DNA of 64,000 bases from positions 160,001 to 224,000 of the forward strand of contig CAWHVC010000001.1 in assembly GCA_963832745.1 (NCBI GenBank), in the 5' to 3' direction. Shown here piece after piece: positions 1 through 9,682 of the stretch. The notes beneath the pieces were generated by a model. It was not told the origin of the DNA and searched no databases. It was given only the letters and a program-made list of their open reading frames with translations. Every line of letters starts with the position of its first letter. Position 1 is the stretch's first letter. The position numbers and the translations under genes are program-made. The stretch is from Candidatus Bathyarchaeota archaeon (lineage in GTDB: Archaea > Thermoproteota > Bathyarchaeia > Bathyarchaeales > Bathycorpusculaceae).

Positions 1-809
1 TTGTGGTCGCTGATTAATTTTCTCAAGAGTCTGTTCAGATTACATATAGTCGGCTGCACCGATTTGTATGTGTGCGGTCAGATTGTACATATCAGTAGTG
101 ATTTGCCAGATGTGCATATCAGTAATCTGCACGATTTCTGAGATATTCACCTGAAGATCTGGGTGATAAGGTTAATGTTGAGACCTTTAGGTGCGGTTTC
201 TAGCAATATGTTTATTGATTCTTTAAATAAACCGTACGCCCAGACGAAAATTACGCTGGATATTCCCATACCCATCAGAGGATCGATAATGTACCAGTTG
301 GTGAAAGAAACTATAATCGCGCCTACAATAATGGCCACAGATGAGGCGGTGTCGGCGAACATGTGAAGGAAGGCGCCCTTGACGTTGATGTTGTTTTTAG
401 CACTGTTTCGAAGTAACAAAATACTTACGCCGTTGGCAGCTAACCCTGCAAGGGCAACCAATAGCATTTCAAATCCCAAAACAGGCTGAGGATTAAGCAA
501 GCGTGTTATGCTTTCATATAATATGTAAGCTGTCACACCAAAAAGAAAGAGGCTGTTGAATAATGCTGCAAGAATTTCTGCCCGATAGAAACCATAAGTT
601 CGATGATGACAAGGTGGTTTACAGCTGATAACCATAGCGACATAGCTGATGATTAAGGCAAAGAAGTGAGTAAACATGTGCCCTGTATCGCTGCCTAACG
701 AGAGGCTTCCCGATAAAATGCTGCCGACAATTTCAAGCACCATAACAGAACTCGTAACAATCATTGAGAGAACCAAACGACTTCTAGCGACACCTCGGTA
801 CTCATGCAT
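1..809 (-). pseudogene. Cation diffusion facilitator (CzcD/ZitB-like) metal transporter, frameshifted, with a premature stop
   Basis: ORF 147..809 has CDF motifs (SLSLGSDTGHMFTH, TYGFYRAEILAA, NVKGAFLHMFAD). The C-terminal domain continues in another frame from ~159 (DLQVNISEIVQITDMHIWQITTDMYNLTAHIQ) and then hits TAA at 40-42. Confidence 0.85.
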
Positions 810-1011
810 CTCTGATAATGCATCATGCTCTTGTTGTGGTTCGTGTGCTCAACGCTAGACTGCATAACAATATCCCACCCTGTGTTACTAATATCGCTAA
901 TTGTCAAAAACCGGTTTATTCCTTGATTGATGCCGAACAAACGTTACTTAATGCTTTTATTTGTGGGTGGGTGGCTAACCTTAAGCATTAGACTCAACTT
1001 AGGTGAAAATA

Positions 1012-1590
1012 ATGGATTACCTTAACGACCGAGCAAAGTTCTTAATGTCTGATGAGCAAAAAAATGGCATGTTCCAGAAGTAATTCTTAATAACCTTAAA
1101 ATTACAAAGGGAATGGTTCTGGGCTGACTTAGGTTCTGGACCGGGCTTTTTTACTCTACTAATGGCTCAGATAACTGGAGAAACCGGTGCAGTATACGCT
1201 GTTGATAGCAATCAAGCAATGCTAAACAGTTTAAAAGAGAACATCGCCAAGTCGAGCATCGATAAAGGCATCATTAAAATCGTAAATAACGATGTCTGCC
1301 ATACAGGAATTACTGACAAATCAGTTGATGTTGTCTTTTTCGCAAATGTTCTCCATGAAGTAGATGACAAATTGGAGTTCTTCCAAAAGATCAAACGTAT
1401 ATCTAAACCAACTGCTATCATTGTTGATATAGCCTGGAAGAAGATTCAAACAGAACGTGGACCGCCCCTGAAAGAACGACTTTCTGAAGAAGAAGCTAAA
1501 CAAGTACTATCTGAAAATGATTTTAAAGTGATAAATCAGACTGATGTAGGACCTTATCATTACGAAGTTATTTGTCGGATAGTTGCTTAA
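1012..1590 (+). pseudogene. Class I SAM-dependent methyltransferase (UbiE/Methyltransf_31-like) with two frameshifts in the 5' part
   Basis: Reconstruction from ATG 1012: MDYLNDRAKFLMSDEQK / KWHVPEVILNNLKITKGMVL / ADLGSGPGFFTLLMAQ... The shifts are at the A7 run (1058-1064) and GGG (1121-1123). SAM motif I (DLGSGPG) lies upstream of the ORF-track start at 1162. Confidence 0.8.
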
Positions 1591-2452
1591 TATAGTTACA
1601 GTTAAGCCCTTTCATTTTTGTATTTGCTTTTTCCTATGTTCTACAATTTTTAAAAAATTGGTTGAAGTTGGTGCTTTAGTATGAAAGTTTTGCAAGAAGC
1701 ACCTCTGAAAGAAAGCGCTACATCCCTTAGAATTAGGTTATGGCATTTCTAAAAGATGTATCATTTGATGTTGAAATCTCAAATTGTTCTAGAAAAATAT
1801 CCTTGGCTGCATTTCGTGCTTTCAAAAATTGTGGTCGACATTTTCCAGTTTCGATGGATGTTTATTCGTTGTTGCAGACTTTTTTTGTATGGGAGCTGAC
1901 TTATTTTTAACCTCAAGTTGGTTGTATATATGTAGGTTTTTTCGGTTCTGTAAACTCTTTGAGGGGTAGCTCTCCATGTAAAGTTTCGAGGGATGTCGAG
2001 CCACGCATCTGAGTTCTGAACGAAAAAAGTATGTAGAGCAGCCGATAACATTTCTGTCGCAAATATTAACAGTTAAGATGAAATTCCTTAGAATCAGGTT
2101 ATGGTCTAAAGAATGATCCTGTGTTTTAAAAATTTGGTCTACAAGAATGGCAACATATTGTTAATGTTCTTGAAGAAAATGATCTGTGGCCAAGTGAAAC
2201 CCGGTTAGTTTTTCTAACCGCCTTTGAAGGGTTTCGATTGTTTACAGCCAATCGAAAGGTTTAGCTTGGTGTATGACTAGGGCGGGGTTGTATGCACAGG
2301 ATGGTAAAATTTTTTCCCCAGTCGGTATTACGAATTTATAAAAAGGTGTTACTGTATATAAGTTTATTGACACCGAACGGCAAATTTGTTGCATCTAATG
2401 GGCGAATCTGCTCAAAAAAGAGAGAAAAATTGAGGCTAATATCACCCCTTGT

Positions 2453-2481
2453 CTTGGTTTCAAACCCTGCCCTTGGCACCA
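2453..2481 (+). repeat. tRNA 3'-end-like fragment, copy 1 (att-like scar)
   Basis: CTTGGTTTCAAACCCTGCCCTTGGCACCA reads as T-loop TTCAAAC + 5 nt + 7-nt acceptor strand CCTTGGC + A + CCA. Confidence 0.6.
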
Positions 2482-2531
2482 TCTTATTTATCATCGGCGT
2501 AAGACACGACTTTTAGGAGCAATTCAGTTTC

Positions 2532-4295
2532 TTATTGCGCATTTGAGATTGTTTTAGGACCTTTAAAACGCCATAAAAGAATAGTGCCAACTACTACTAT
2601 AATTACGCTTGTAACAGAGGCAATAGGTATCAATGGGGAACTTGTGGGAACTTGCTCTTCCTCAGATGGTAGTTGCGTGTCTTCAGGTGGTGATAATTGC
2701 TGATTTGCTATTGTACCCTGCCATTTTTCAAGAGTGACTTGTATTTTATTTATGTCACATGGTTGAGTAAGCGGATAATTGTCTGTAAAGTTTTCGTAGA
2801 CGCTGTATGGGGTTTCGCCGATGCCATCGCCGTTTGTGTCACTGCCCATGTAGTTGCTCCAGTAATTGCCTTCTTTACCATTATCCCATTTATTGTATTC
2901 AGAATAATACGAGAAGTTTGTAAAGGTCATCCAATAGGTTTCATGAGCTTCATTTACTTTTGTGTTATCTTTAAAATTGTTCCATACAAAATTGTTAAAA
3001 TCAGAACTGACGAGACTAACAGCATTTTCACTTGTTCCCTGAATGTTGTTTCCTAAAACATGATTATTCAGTGCACTAGTCAAATAAATGCTAATCCTGC
3101 CCTGCTCAAGATTGATGTTATTTTGGAAGAAAGCATTATACTCACCACTTAATTGAAGACCGATTTCTTCAGCTGTTAGGTCGTTTTCATAAACATAATT
3201 TCTGCTCCCACTTAACGTTATACCTGCACAGTTATCGAAACCAGAATTTGAACTGGATGATATATTGTTTTTTTCTATCCAGTTATATGAACCATCAATA
3301 ATAAGGCCACAACAATTTATTCCTACTATAGAATTTTGTGTTACCGTGTTATTATACGAATTTGATATTGTCACTGCAGCAGACTGCCAAGTGCCCCCTT
3401 CTTTTGAAAACTCGTTATCAATTAGAATGTTATTGTGCGAGTTTGCTATGGTTAAAGGTCCTTTACAATGAGTAACCAAGGAGTTGTTTACTCCAAAAAA
3501 CGTTAAAGGCTTGTTTAAACCTGAAACATCAACATCTTGAACCACCATACCCGTACAGTTGACAAGAGTCACCTGACCCGCATTATCTATAACTTGATTT
3601 GATTGCCCCTCAAGAAATACTAATGGCTTACCATTAATCGTGTTACCTGAAATCACATTTGAATCCTTAAATTCCCAGTAAATAAGACTGCAATCTATGA
3701 ACTTGTTATCGATAAAAGTGGTTTCATCAGTTCGAAACTCGACACCGTTACCATTACCTGCATTAAACGTGTTGCCTGAAACAAAATTTTTAACTCCACG
3801 AAGTGCAATAGACCAATATCTGGTTTCAAAATAGTTATCAATAACTGTATTACGCGAAGAAACTACAACATTATCTGAATCAGTCATGAAATCGTCATAA
3901 ATTTCAACGCCTGTTCCAAAATTGACTATCTGAGTGTTCTTAATAGTAACGTCACTTTTTCCATAAATCCCTATAGCTATACCACTGTTTGTTCCTCGAA
4001 TGGTTTTCCCTGCACCATCAAAAACTATGCCATCACATTCTATGTTAATAAAAACAGAGCCCATAGCAACATCACCACTTATATCCTCTGTAAGGGTGTA
4101 AACATTCCCATTTTGGCGAATTTTATCAGTCCCAGTAACAGCACCGGATGGCGTTATTTTTATAATACCTTTAGAAGGTGTAGCAGCACTAAAAGACCCT
4201 AACGTACACACCAAAGACAACGAAAGCAAAAATATTAACATAAGGCTTAAAAATAAATTTTTAAAAATTAGATGGGATTTATTTTTAATAGGCAT
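2532..4295 (-). CDS. Secreted, membrane-anchored parallel beta-helix (NosD/CASH-domain) protein
   Basis: Signal peptide, Asn-rich PbH1 repeats, the NosD-type tail GNYWSNYMGSDTNGDGIGETPY and a C-terminal TM helix. Confidence 0.85.
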   Translation of the reverse strand: MPIKNKSHLIFKNLFLSLMLIFLLSLSLVCTLGSFSAATPSKGIIKITPSGAVTGTDKIRQNGNVYTLTEDISGDVAMGSVFINIECDGIVFDGAGKTIRGTNSGIAIGIYGKSDVTIKNTQIVNFGTGVEIYDDFMTDSDNVVVSSRNTVIDNYFETRYWSIALRGVKNFVSGNTFNAGNGNGVEFRTDETTFIDNKFIDCSLIYWEFKDSNVISGNTINGKPLVFLEGQSNQVIDNAGQVTLVNCTGMVVQDVDVSGLNKPLTFFGVNNSLVTHCKGPLTIANSHNNILIDNEFSKEGGTWQSAAVTISNSYNNTVTQNSIVGINCCGLIIDGSYNWIEKNNISSSSNSGFDNCAGITLSGSRNYVYENDLTAEEIGLQLSGEYNAFFQNNINLEQGRISIYLTSALNNHVLGNNIQGTSENAVSLVSSDFNNFVWNNFKDNTKVNEAHETYWMTFTNFSYYSEYNKWDNGKEGNYWSNYMGSDTNGDGIGETPYSVYENFTDNYPLTQPCDINKIQVTLEKWQGTIANQQLSPPEDTQLPSEEEQVPTSSPLIPIASVTSVIIVVVGTILLWRFKGPKTISNAQ

Positions 4296-4445
4296 AAGTC
4301 TTCAAAAGCATTTTCAAGTACACAACTATTAATTATTTTTCGTCAAGAAACCTTGACTAAACTTTTCTGGAATCAATACATTGCAAGAATAAATGAATTC
4401 TACTATAAAGAGAAAAGGGAAAATTCCGGGTGATATCATTTTTTG

Positions 4446-4473
4446 CTTGGTTTCAACCCCTTCCTTGGCAGCA
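4446..4473 (+). repeat. tRNA 3'-end-like fragment, copy 2 (more degenerate)
   Basis: CTTGGTTTCAACCCCTTCCTTGGCAGCA aligns to copy 1 at 2453-2481. Confidence 0.5.
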
Positions 4474-4637
4474 TCCTATTAATTTAACACTTTTATTTAG
4501 GCTTCCTAAACAGCTTAGTCTTTCTTGTATTAACCAAAATCAACTAGAGGACAAATATCTGCTCCGTCTTGATTGCTACTGACATTTGTTATTTACTTTA
4601 AGCAATAACAAATTTTTAAAACCCCGTTTAAACCAAA

Positions 4638-7040
4638 GTGATTGGTGATTTTTTGTCTCAGACTAACCTTGATCCCAAGACTGCATCAGAAGAGGCCAGT
4701 CAGCAACGTTCGGTTCTTCCAATTCCTAACAAACCTTACAAGGGATTAATTGTTTACGACGCAAAAAGCACCGACTCAAAGTTTCCACCCATAGAACCAA
4801 TCCGACCACCAAAAAAAGCAGCAAATATTGTTTTAATATTGCTTGACGACGTCGGTTTTGGCGCCTCCAGCACTTTTGGTGGACCAATCAATACACCAGT
4901 TGCAGATGCATTAGCTACGGATGGCCTAAGATATACTAGGTTTCATACAACTGCTTTATGTTCGCCAACACGTGCGGCTATTTTGACGGGACGTAATCAT
5001 CACACGGTTGGAATGGGTGGGATAACAGAAATCGCCACGTCAGCACCAGGCTATAACTCTATAAGACCCAACTATTGTGCACCTATATCAAAAATTCTAA
5101 AATATAACGGTTATTCAACCGCACATTTCGGAAAATGCCACGAAGTTCCTGTTTGGGAAACCGGTCCAATTGGACCATTTGACCATTGGCCAACCTTTTC
5201 AGGTTTTGAAAAGTTCTACGGGTTTGTAGCGGGAGAAACTAATCAGTGGTTCCCTGAAGTTTACGATGGCAGGTCAAGAGTGATGCTACCAGATGACCCT
5301 AACTACCATTTTATGGTGGACATGACTGACCAAGCCATTAATTGGATACGCACCCAAAAAGCAATAGCACCTGATAAGCCGTTTTTTGTTTATTTTGCTC
5401 CGGGAGCTACGCATGCGCCTCATCACGTTCCTAAAGAGTGGGTAGACAAATACAAAGGCAAATTTGATGACGGCTGGGATAAACTTAGAGAACGTACTTT
5501 TGAGAAACAAAAACAGCTTGGAGTCATTTCTAACGACGCAAAACTAACTAAACGGCATAAAGAAATTCCTGCATGGGCTGAAATGCCGGAGGAACTTAAA
5601 CCAGTACTTAGGCATGAAATGGAAGTTTACGCTGGCTTTCTCGAATTCACGGATTATCATATTGGAAGACTACTTGACTCCTTAAAGGATCTTGGAATTT
5701 TTGATGAAACACTGGTTTTCTACATAATCGGTGATAATGGGGCTTCAGCTGAGGGCACATTGAACGGCACTTTTAACGAAATGACCAATTTTAACGGCGC
5801 AGCATCACTTGAAACACCACAGTACCTTATGCAACATCTTGACGAATTTGGAGGACCAACATCATACAATCATTATGCGGTAGGCTGGGCGCATGCAATG
5901 TGCTGTCCTTATCAATGGACAAAACAGGTTGCGTCCCACTTCGGTGGCACAAGAAACGGCATGATTATACATTGGCCTAAAGGAATCAAAGCCAAAGGTG
6001 AACTGCGTCACCAATTCCATCATGTTATTGACGTTGCTCCAACTATTCTTGAAATTGCCGGAATTCCTGAACCGGAGTTTGTGGAAGGTGTAGAGCAGAA
6101 ACTGATGGAAGGTACCAGTATGACATATACCTTTGAAGATAAGGCAGCCCCTGACCGTCATGATGTACAGTATTTTGAAATGTTTGGCAACCGTGGAATC
6201 TACTATAAAGGTTGGACAGCAGTAACTAAGCATCGCACACCATGGCAACTTGTAGGTCAGAAAACGGTGGCTTTTAATGATGACAATTGGGAACTTTACG
6301 ATACCACAAAAGATTGGACTCAAGCTGAAGACCTGTCAAAGCAAAAGCCTGAGTTACTTCATGAATTGCAGCGTCAATGGTTGATTGAAGCAACACGCTA
6401 TAATGTTTTACCGTTGGATGACCGTGGAATAGAACGTTTTAACCCTAAATTGTCAGGTAGGCCTGAAATGGTAACTGGCAATACCCAATTCTTGTATCCG
6501 GGAATGGTTCTAAACGAAAGCGGAGTTATTGACATAAAAAACAAGTCACACTCTATTATTGCTGAAATAAACGTACCTGATTCAGGAGCCAGAGGCGTTG
6601 TTGTAGCTCAAGGCGCTAATTTCGGAGGCTGGGCACTATACTTCAAAGATGAACATCTCAAGTACTGTTACAACTTTTTAGGATTAACCCTCTACACTGT
6701 TGAAGCCCCAGACGTTATGCCACAAGGAAAGCATCAGGTTCGAATGGATTTCAATTATGATGGCGGCGGCTTAGGAAAAGGCGGTACAGCATCACTAATT
6801 GTTGATAACAAGAATGTAGCACAAGGCAAACTGGAACACACTGCACCAGTCATCTTTTCGGCTGACTCTACCTGCATGGTTGGCGACAAAATTGGGGCAC
6901 CAATCTCAAACGACTTCAAAAACGTCGATAACAAGTTTAATGGAAAAATCAGTTGGGTACGTATAGAGAAAGGAATTGAAGAAACCGAACGCCAGATTAG
7001 CCCTGAAGAATGGGTCAGAGTTCACATGTCCATACAATAA
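4638..7040 (+). CDS. Arylsulfatase (Cys-type formylglycine sulfatase) with C-terminal LamG-like extension
   Basis: ILLDDVGFG, signature LCSPTRAAILTGR (CxPxR), FGKCH, GATHAPHH, GDNG. No signal peptide visible. Confidence 0.92.
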   Translation: MIGDFLSQTNLDPKTASEEASQQRSVLPIPNKPYKGLIVYDAKSTDSKFPPIEPIRPPKKAANIVLILLDDVGFGASSTFGGPINTPVADALATDGLRYTRFHTTALCSPTRAAILTGRNHHTVGMGGITEIATSAPGYNSIRPNYCAPISKILKYNGYSTAHFGKCHEVPVWETGPIGPFDHWPTFSGFEKFYGFVAGETNQWFPEVYDGRSRVMLPDDPNYHFMVDMTDQAINWIRTQKAIAPDKPFFVYFAPGATHAPHHVPKEWVDKYKGKFDDGWDKLRERTFEKQKQLGVISNDAKLTKRHKEIPAWAEMPEELKPVLRHEMEVYAGFLEFTDYHIGRLLDSLKDLGIFDETLVFYIIGDNGASAEGTLNGTFNEMTNFNGAASLETPQYLMQHLDEFGGPTSYNHYAVGWAHAMCCPYQWTKQVASHFGGTRNGMIIHWPKGIKAKGELRHQFHHVIDVAPTILEIAGIPEPEFVEGVEQKLMEGTSMTYTFEDKAAPDRHDVQYFEMFGNRGIYYKGWTAVTKHRTPWQLVGQKTVAFNDDNWELYDTTKDWTQAEDLSKQKPELLHELQRQWLIEATRYNVLPLDDRGIERFNPKLSGRPEMVTGNTQFLYPGMVLNESGVIDIKNKSHSIIAEINVPDSGARGVVVAQGANFGGWALYFKDEHLKYCYNFLGLTLYTVEAPDVMPQGKHQVRMDFNYDGGGLGKGGTASLIVDNKNVAQGKLEHTAPVIFSADSTCMVGDKIGAPISNDFKNVDNKFNGKISWVRIEKGIEETERQISPEEWVRVHMSIQ

Positions 7041-7129
7041 AAGGCGTCTTTGCCCAAACTCTTTCTTTTTTTATTCAAGTAATTTATCAAAACAAAGGAG
7101 CGTAAAACGTAATTCAAACGTTTCATGTA

Positions 7130-8284
7130 ATGGCAAAGCCTACTGGTTCAAGATGTAACCTTAACTGTGATTACTGTTTTTTCCTAAAAAAGAAGTATCT
7201 TTACCCCAACAGCAATTTCAGAATGTCTGACAAAGTAATGGAGCGTTACATTAGCCAAACCATTTTAGCCCATAAAGTTCCAGTAGTGACGATTGCCTGG
7301 CAGGGTGGAGAGCCAACTTTAATGGGTTTGGATTTTTATCGACATACTATAGAAATAACAAAAACCGTTACCCCTCAATACATGAAAGTAGAAAATACTT
7401 TACAAACAAATGGTGTCTTGATTGACGAAGAATGGTGCCGTTTTCTTCACGATAACAATTTCTTAGTTGGTTTAAGTATTGATGGACCAAAATTTCTTCA
7501 TGACAGTTACCGAAAAGATAAAGCTGGGCATTCAGTTTTTGATAAAGTCATCCAATCTGCCCGGTTAATGCAGAAACATGGCGTAGAATTTAACATTTTA
7601 TGTACGGTAAATGCCGTAAATAGTAGGTACCCTTTAGAAGTGTACCGTTTCTTTCGTAACGAATTAAAAACACCTTATTTGCAATTCATTCCAATTGTGG
7701 AGCGAGATAATGAAACAGGAAATCAACAGGGAACTTGCATCACAGAACGATCAGTAAACCCAAAACAATACGGTAAATTCTTGATAGAAATATTCGACGA
7801 ATGGGTGCGCCATGATGTAGGCAAAATGTTTGTTCAATTTTTTGACGCGGTCTTAGCTTCGTATGTTAGAGGTTACTCTTCTCTTTGCATTTTAAGCCCC
7901 AAGTGCGGGGAAGGTGTTGCGCTTGAACATAATGGCGATGTCTATTCATGTGACCATTTTGTAGAGCCTAATTTCTTCTTAGGCAACATTTTAAAAACCC
8001 CTATAGTAGACCTTGTTTCGAGTAAACAACAGCAGCTTTTTGGAGAGGCAAAACAAAAAACGCTTCCTCGTTATTGTAGAGAGTGCGAGTTTTTGTTTAC
8101 TTGTTATGGTGAATGCCCAAAAAACCGTGTTTTAAGAGCGCCTGACGGGGAAGAAGGTTTGAATTGGCTGTGTGAAGGGTTGAAAAACTTCTTTAGCCAT
8201 ACCAAAATCCCTATGCAAATAATGGCTTATTTTTTACGTAATAACGAACCGGCTTCAAATATAATGAATATCTTTTCGAATTAA
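7130..8284 (+). CDS. Anaerobic sulfatase-maturating enzyme (radical SAM/SPASM, anSME)
   Basis: AKPTGSRCNLNCDYC (CxxxCxxC), WQGGEPTL, QTNG, SPASM cysteines (YSCDHFV, CRECEFLFTCYGECPK). Adjacent to the sulfatase. Confidence 0.93.
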   Translation: MAKPTGSRCNLNCDYCFFLKKKYLYPNSNFRMSDKVMERYISQTILAHKVPVVTIAWQGGEPTLMGLDFYRHTIEITKTVTPQYMKVENTLQTNGVLIDEEWCRFLHDNNFLVGLSIDGPKFLHDSYRKDKAGHSVFDKVIQSARLMQKHGVEFNILCTVNAVNSRYPLEVYRFFRNELKTPYLQFIPIVERDNETGNQQGTCITERSVNPKQYGKFLIEIFDEWVRHDVGKMFVQFFDAVLASYVRGYSSLCILSPKCGEGVALEHNGDVYSCDHFVEPNFFLGNILKTPIVDLVSSKQQQLFGEAKQKTLPRYCRECEFLFTCYGECPKNRVLRAPDGEEGLNWLCEGLKNFFSHTKIPMQIMAYFLRNNEPASNIMNIFSN

Positions 8285-8377
8285 CTGTTGTTTTTTGTTG
8301 TACTAAGTTTATCAGCTAGTTGGTACGATTAATTTGTTCAACTATTCTTTCATAAAAGTTAGAGGGGGACGTCACCA

Positions 8378-8397
8378 AAACCCTGCCCTCGGCACCA
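8378..8397 (+). repeat. tRNA 3'-end-like fragment, copy 3 (att-like scar)
   Basis: AAACCCTGCCCTCGGCACCA is 19/20 identical to 2462-2481. Confidence 0.6.
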
Positions 8398-8669
8398 CAC
8401 CATTAATTTGACGTCGGTTAGCGACATTTTACTTGATTGTTATTTACAAAACCTTTTAAAAATAAACTTGGATGGGGCAGCATTAACATTTCTCTTAAAT
8501 ATTAACAGTTAATGTGATTGGCCGTTTGTAGCTAAGTTGTAACAACCTAAAACAGCAAAACTCTATATCAAAAAAGGCTTTTCTTTTTTTAAAAGGAATA
8601 TGATTTTGAAAAAATTAAAAAAGCAATAAATGCAAAAGATTCTCGATAATCCTAACGCGTTAAGAGAGC

Positions 8670-9050
8670 ACAGGTTAAAACCGCCACTTTCCAAATCCAC
8701 CAATTCCTATCTTCAACATTCACCACAACATTTGCCATAAAAACAAACCACAACCCAAACAAAACAGTCACTCCCAACATGCCCCTCATCCTCACCCCAT
8801 CCCACACAACATAGCGCCACGTAACAGACAAGGCAAAAAACAACTCCCTCATCCACAACGCAACCCAAAAATCGCCCAAACCAAAAAAACAAGCCGCCAC
8901 CCAAACCCAAAACTGGGACGAGGCACCACCAAAAAACCCATCCTCACAAAAAACAAAAAAAACCACCAAACATCCAACATAACGCCAGAAACAGTAAATA
9001 CACACAAGCCACGCAACAATCTAACTCCAAATACACACAAAAAAAGAAAG
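8670..9050. other. Strongly A/C-skewed non-coding tract
   Basis: About 380 bp nearly devoid of G and T on the + strand. Overlapping ORFs in all three minus frames are compositional artefacts. Confidence 0.7.
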
Positions 9051-9119
9051 AAAAAAGAAGTTCAAGGGTAAAGTTACCTTTATTACCTTAAATTATCTAA
9101 CGCTATTTGAGGACTAATT

Positions 9120-9674
9120 ATGCAACTTGACCAATGTATTAAAGGCCGCAGAAGCGTTAGAGCTTACACAGCGGAACCTGTATCTAAAGAGCAAATTGAC
9201 TTAATTTTAGAGGCTGGCGTTTGGGCACCAACCGCAATGCACAGGGAACCCTTAAAATTTGTAGTCATAGAAGACAAAGCGTTAATCAAGTATGTTTCTG
9301 ACGAAACTAAACTGGCTGTTAAACAGAATATGCCTCCTTTAGCTGAAAGGTTCTCAACCCCTGAAGACATTATCTGTTATAATGCCCCTGTACTGGTGCT
9401 TGTCTGCGCTGAAAAGAATCCCCAATGGGCAAACGTGGATTTTATCGATTGCGTTCTAGCCACTGAAAACATGTTCTTAAAAGCTTACGAACTTGGCCTT
9501 GGCACCTGCTACATGGGTTTTGTAAGCCAACTAGCCAGCAAGCTAGATGTGTTAAGTAAAATGGGTGTTCCAGAAAATTGTTCAATGATGGTTCCATTCA
9601 TTTTAGGTCACCCAAAAACGCAGAAAGCCTCAGATAAACGAAACAAACCAGATATCATTAAATGGCTAAAATAA
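9120..9674 (+). CDS. Nitroreductase family protein
   Basis: IKGRRSVRAY, WAPTAMHREP and ENMFLKAYELGLGTCYMG motifs. Confidence 0.9.
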   Translation: MQLDQCIKGRRSVRAYTAEPVSKEQIDLILEAGVWAPTAMHREPLKFVVIEDKALIKYVSDETKLAVKQNMPPLAERFSTPEDIICYNAPVLVLVCAEKNPQWANVDFIDCVLATENMFLKAYELGLGTCYMGFVSQLASKLDVLSKMGVPENCSMMVPFILGHPKTQKASDKRNKPDIIKWLK

Positions 9675-9682
9675 CCCTTTTT

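Noticed and set aside
147-149. Selenocysteine or readthrough at the CDF TGA
   Set aside because: Homology continues in a different frame, so this is a frameshift and not recoding.
2430-2481. Intact tRNA gene
   Set aside because: Only the T-loop and 3' acceptor strand are recognisable. There is no matching 5' acceptor strand or D-arm upstream.
8652-9040. Three overlapping hydrophobic minus-strand ORFs (also those at 57290-57538 and 11932-12219)
   Set aside because: They arise from stop-codon depletion in the skewed tracts and have no recognisable motifs.
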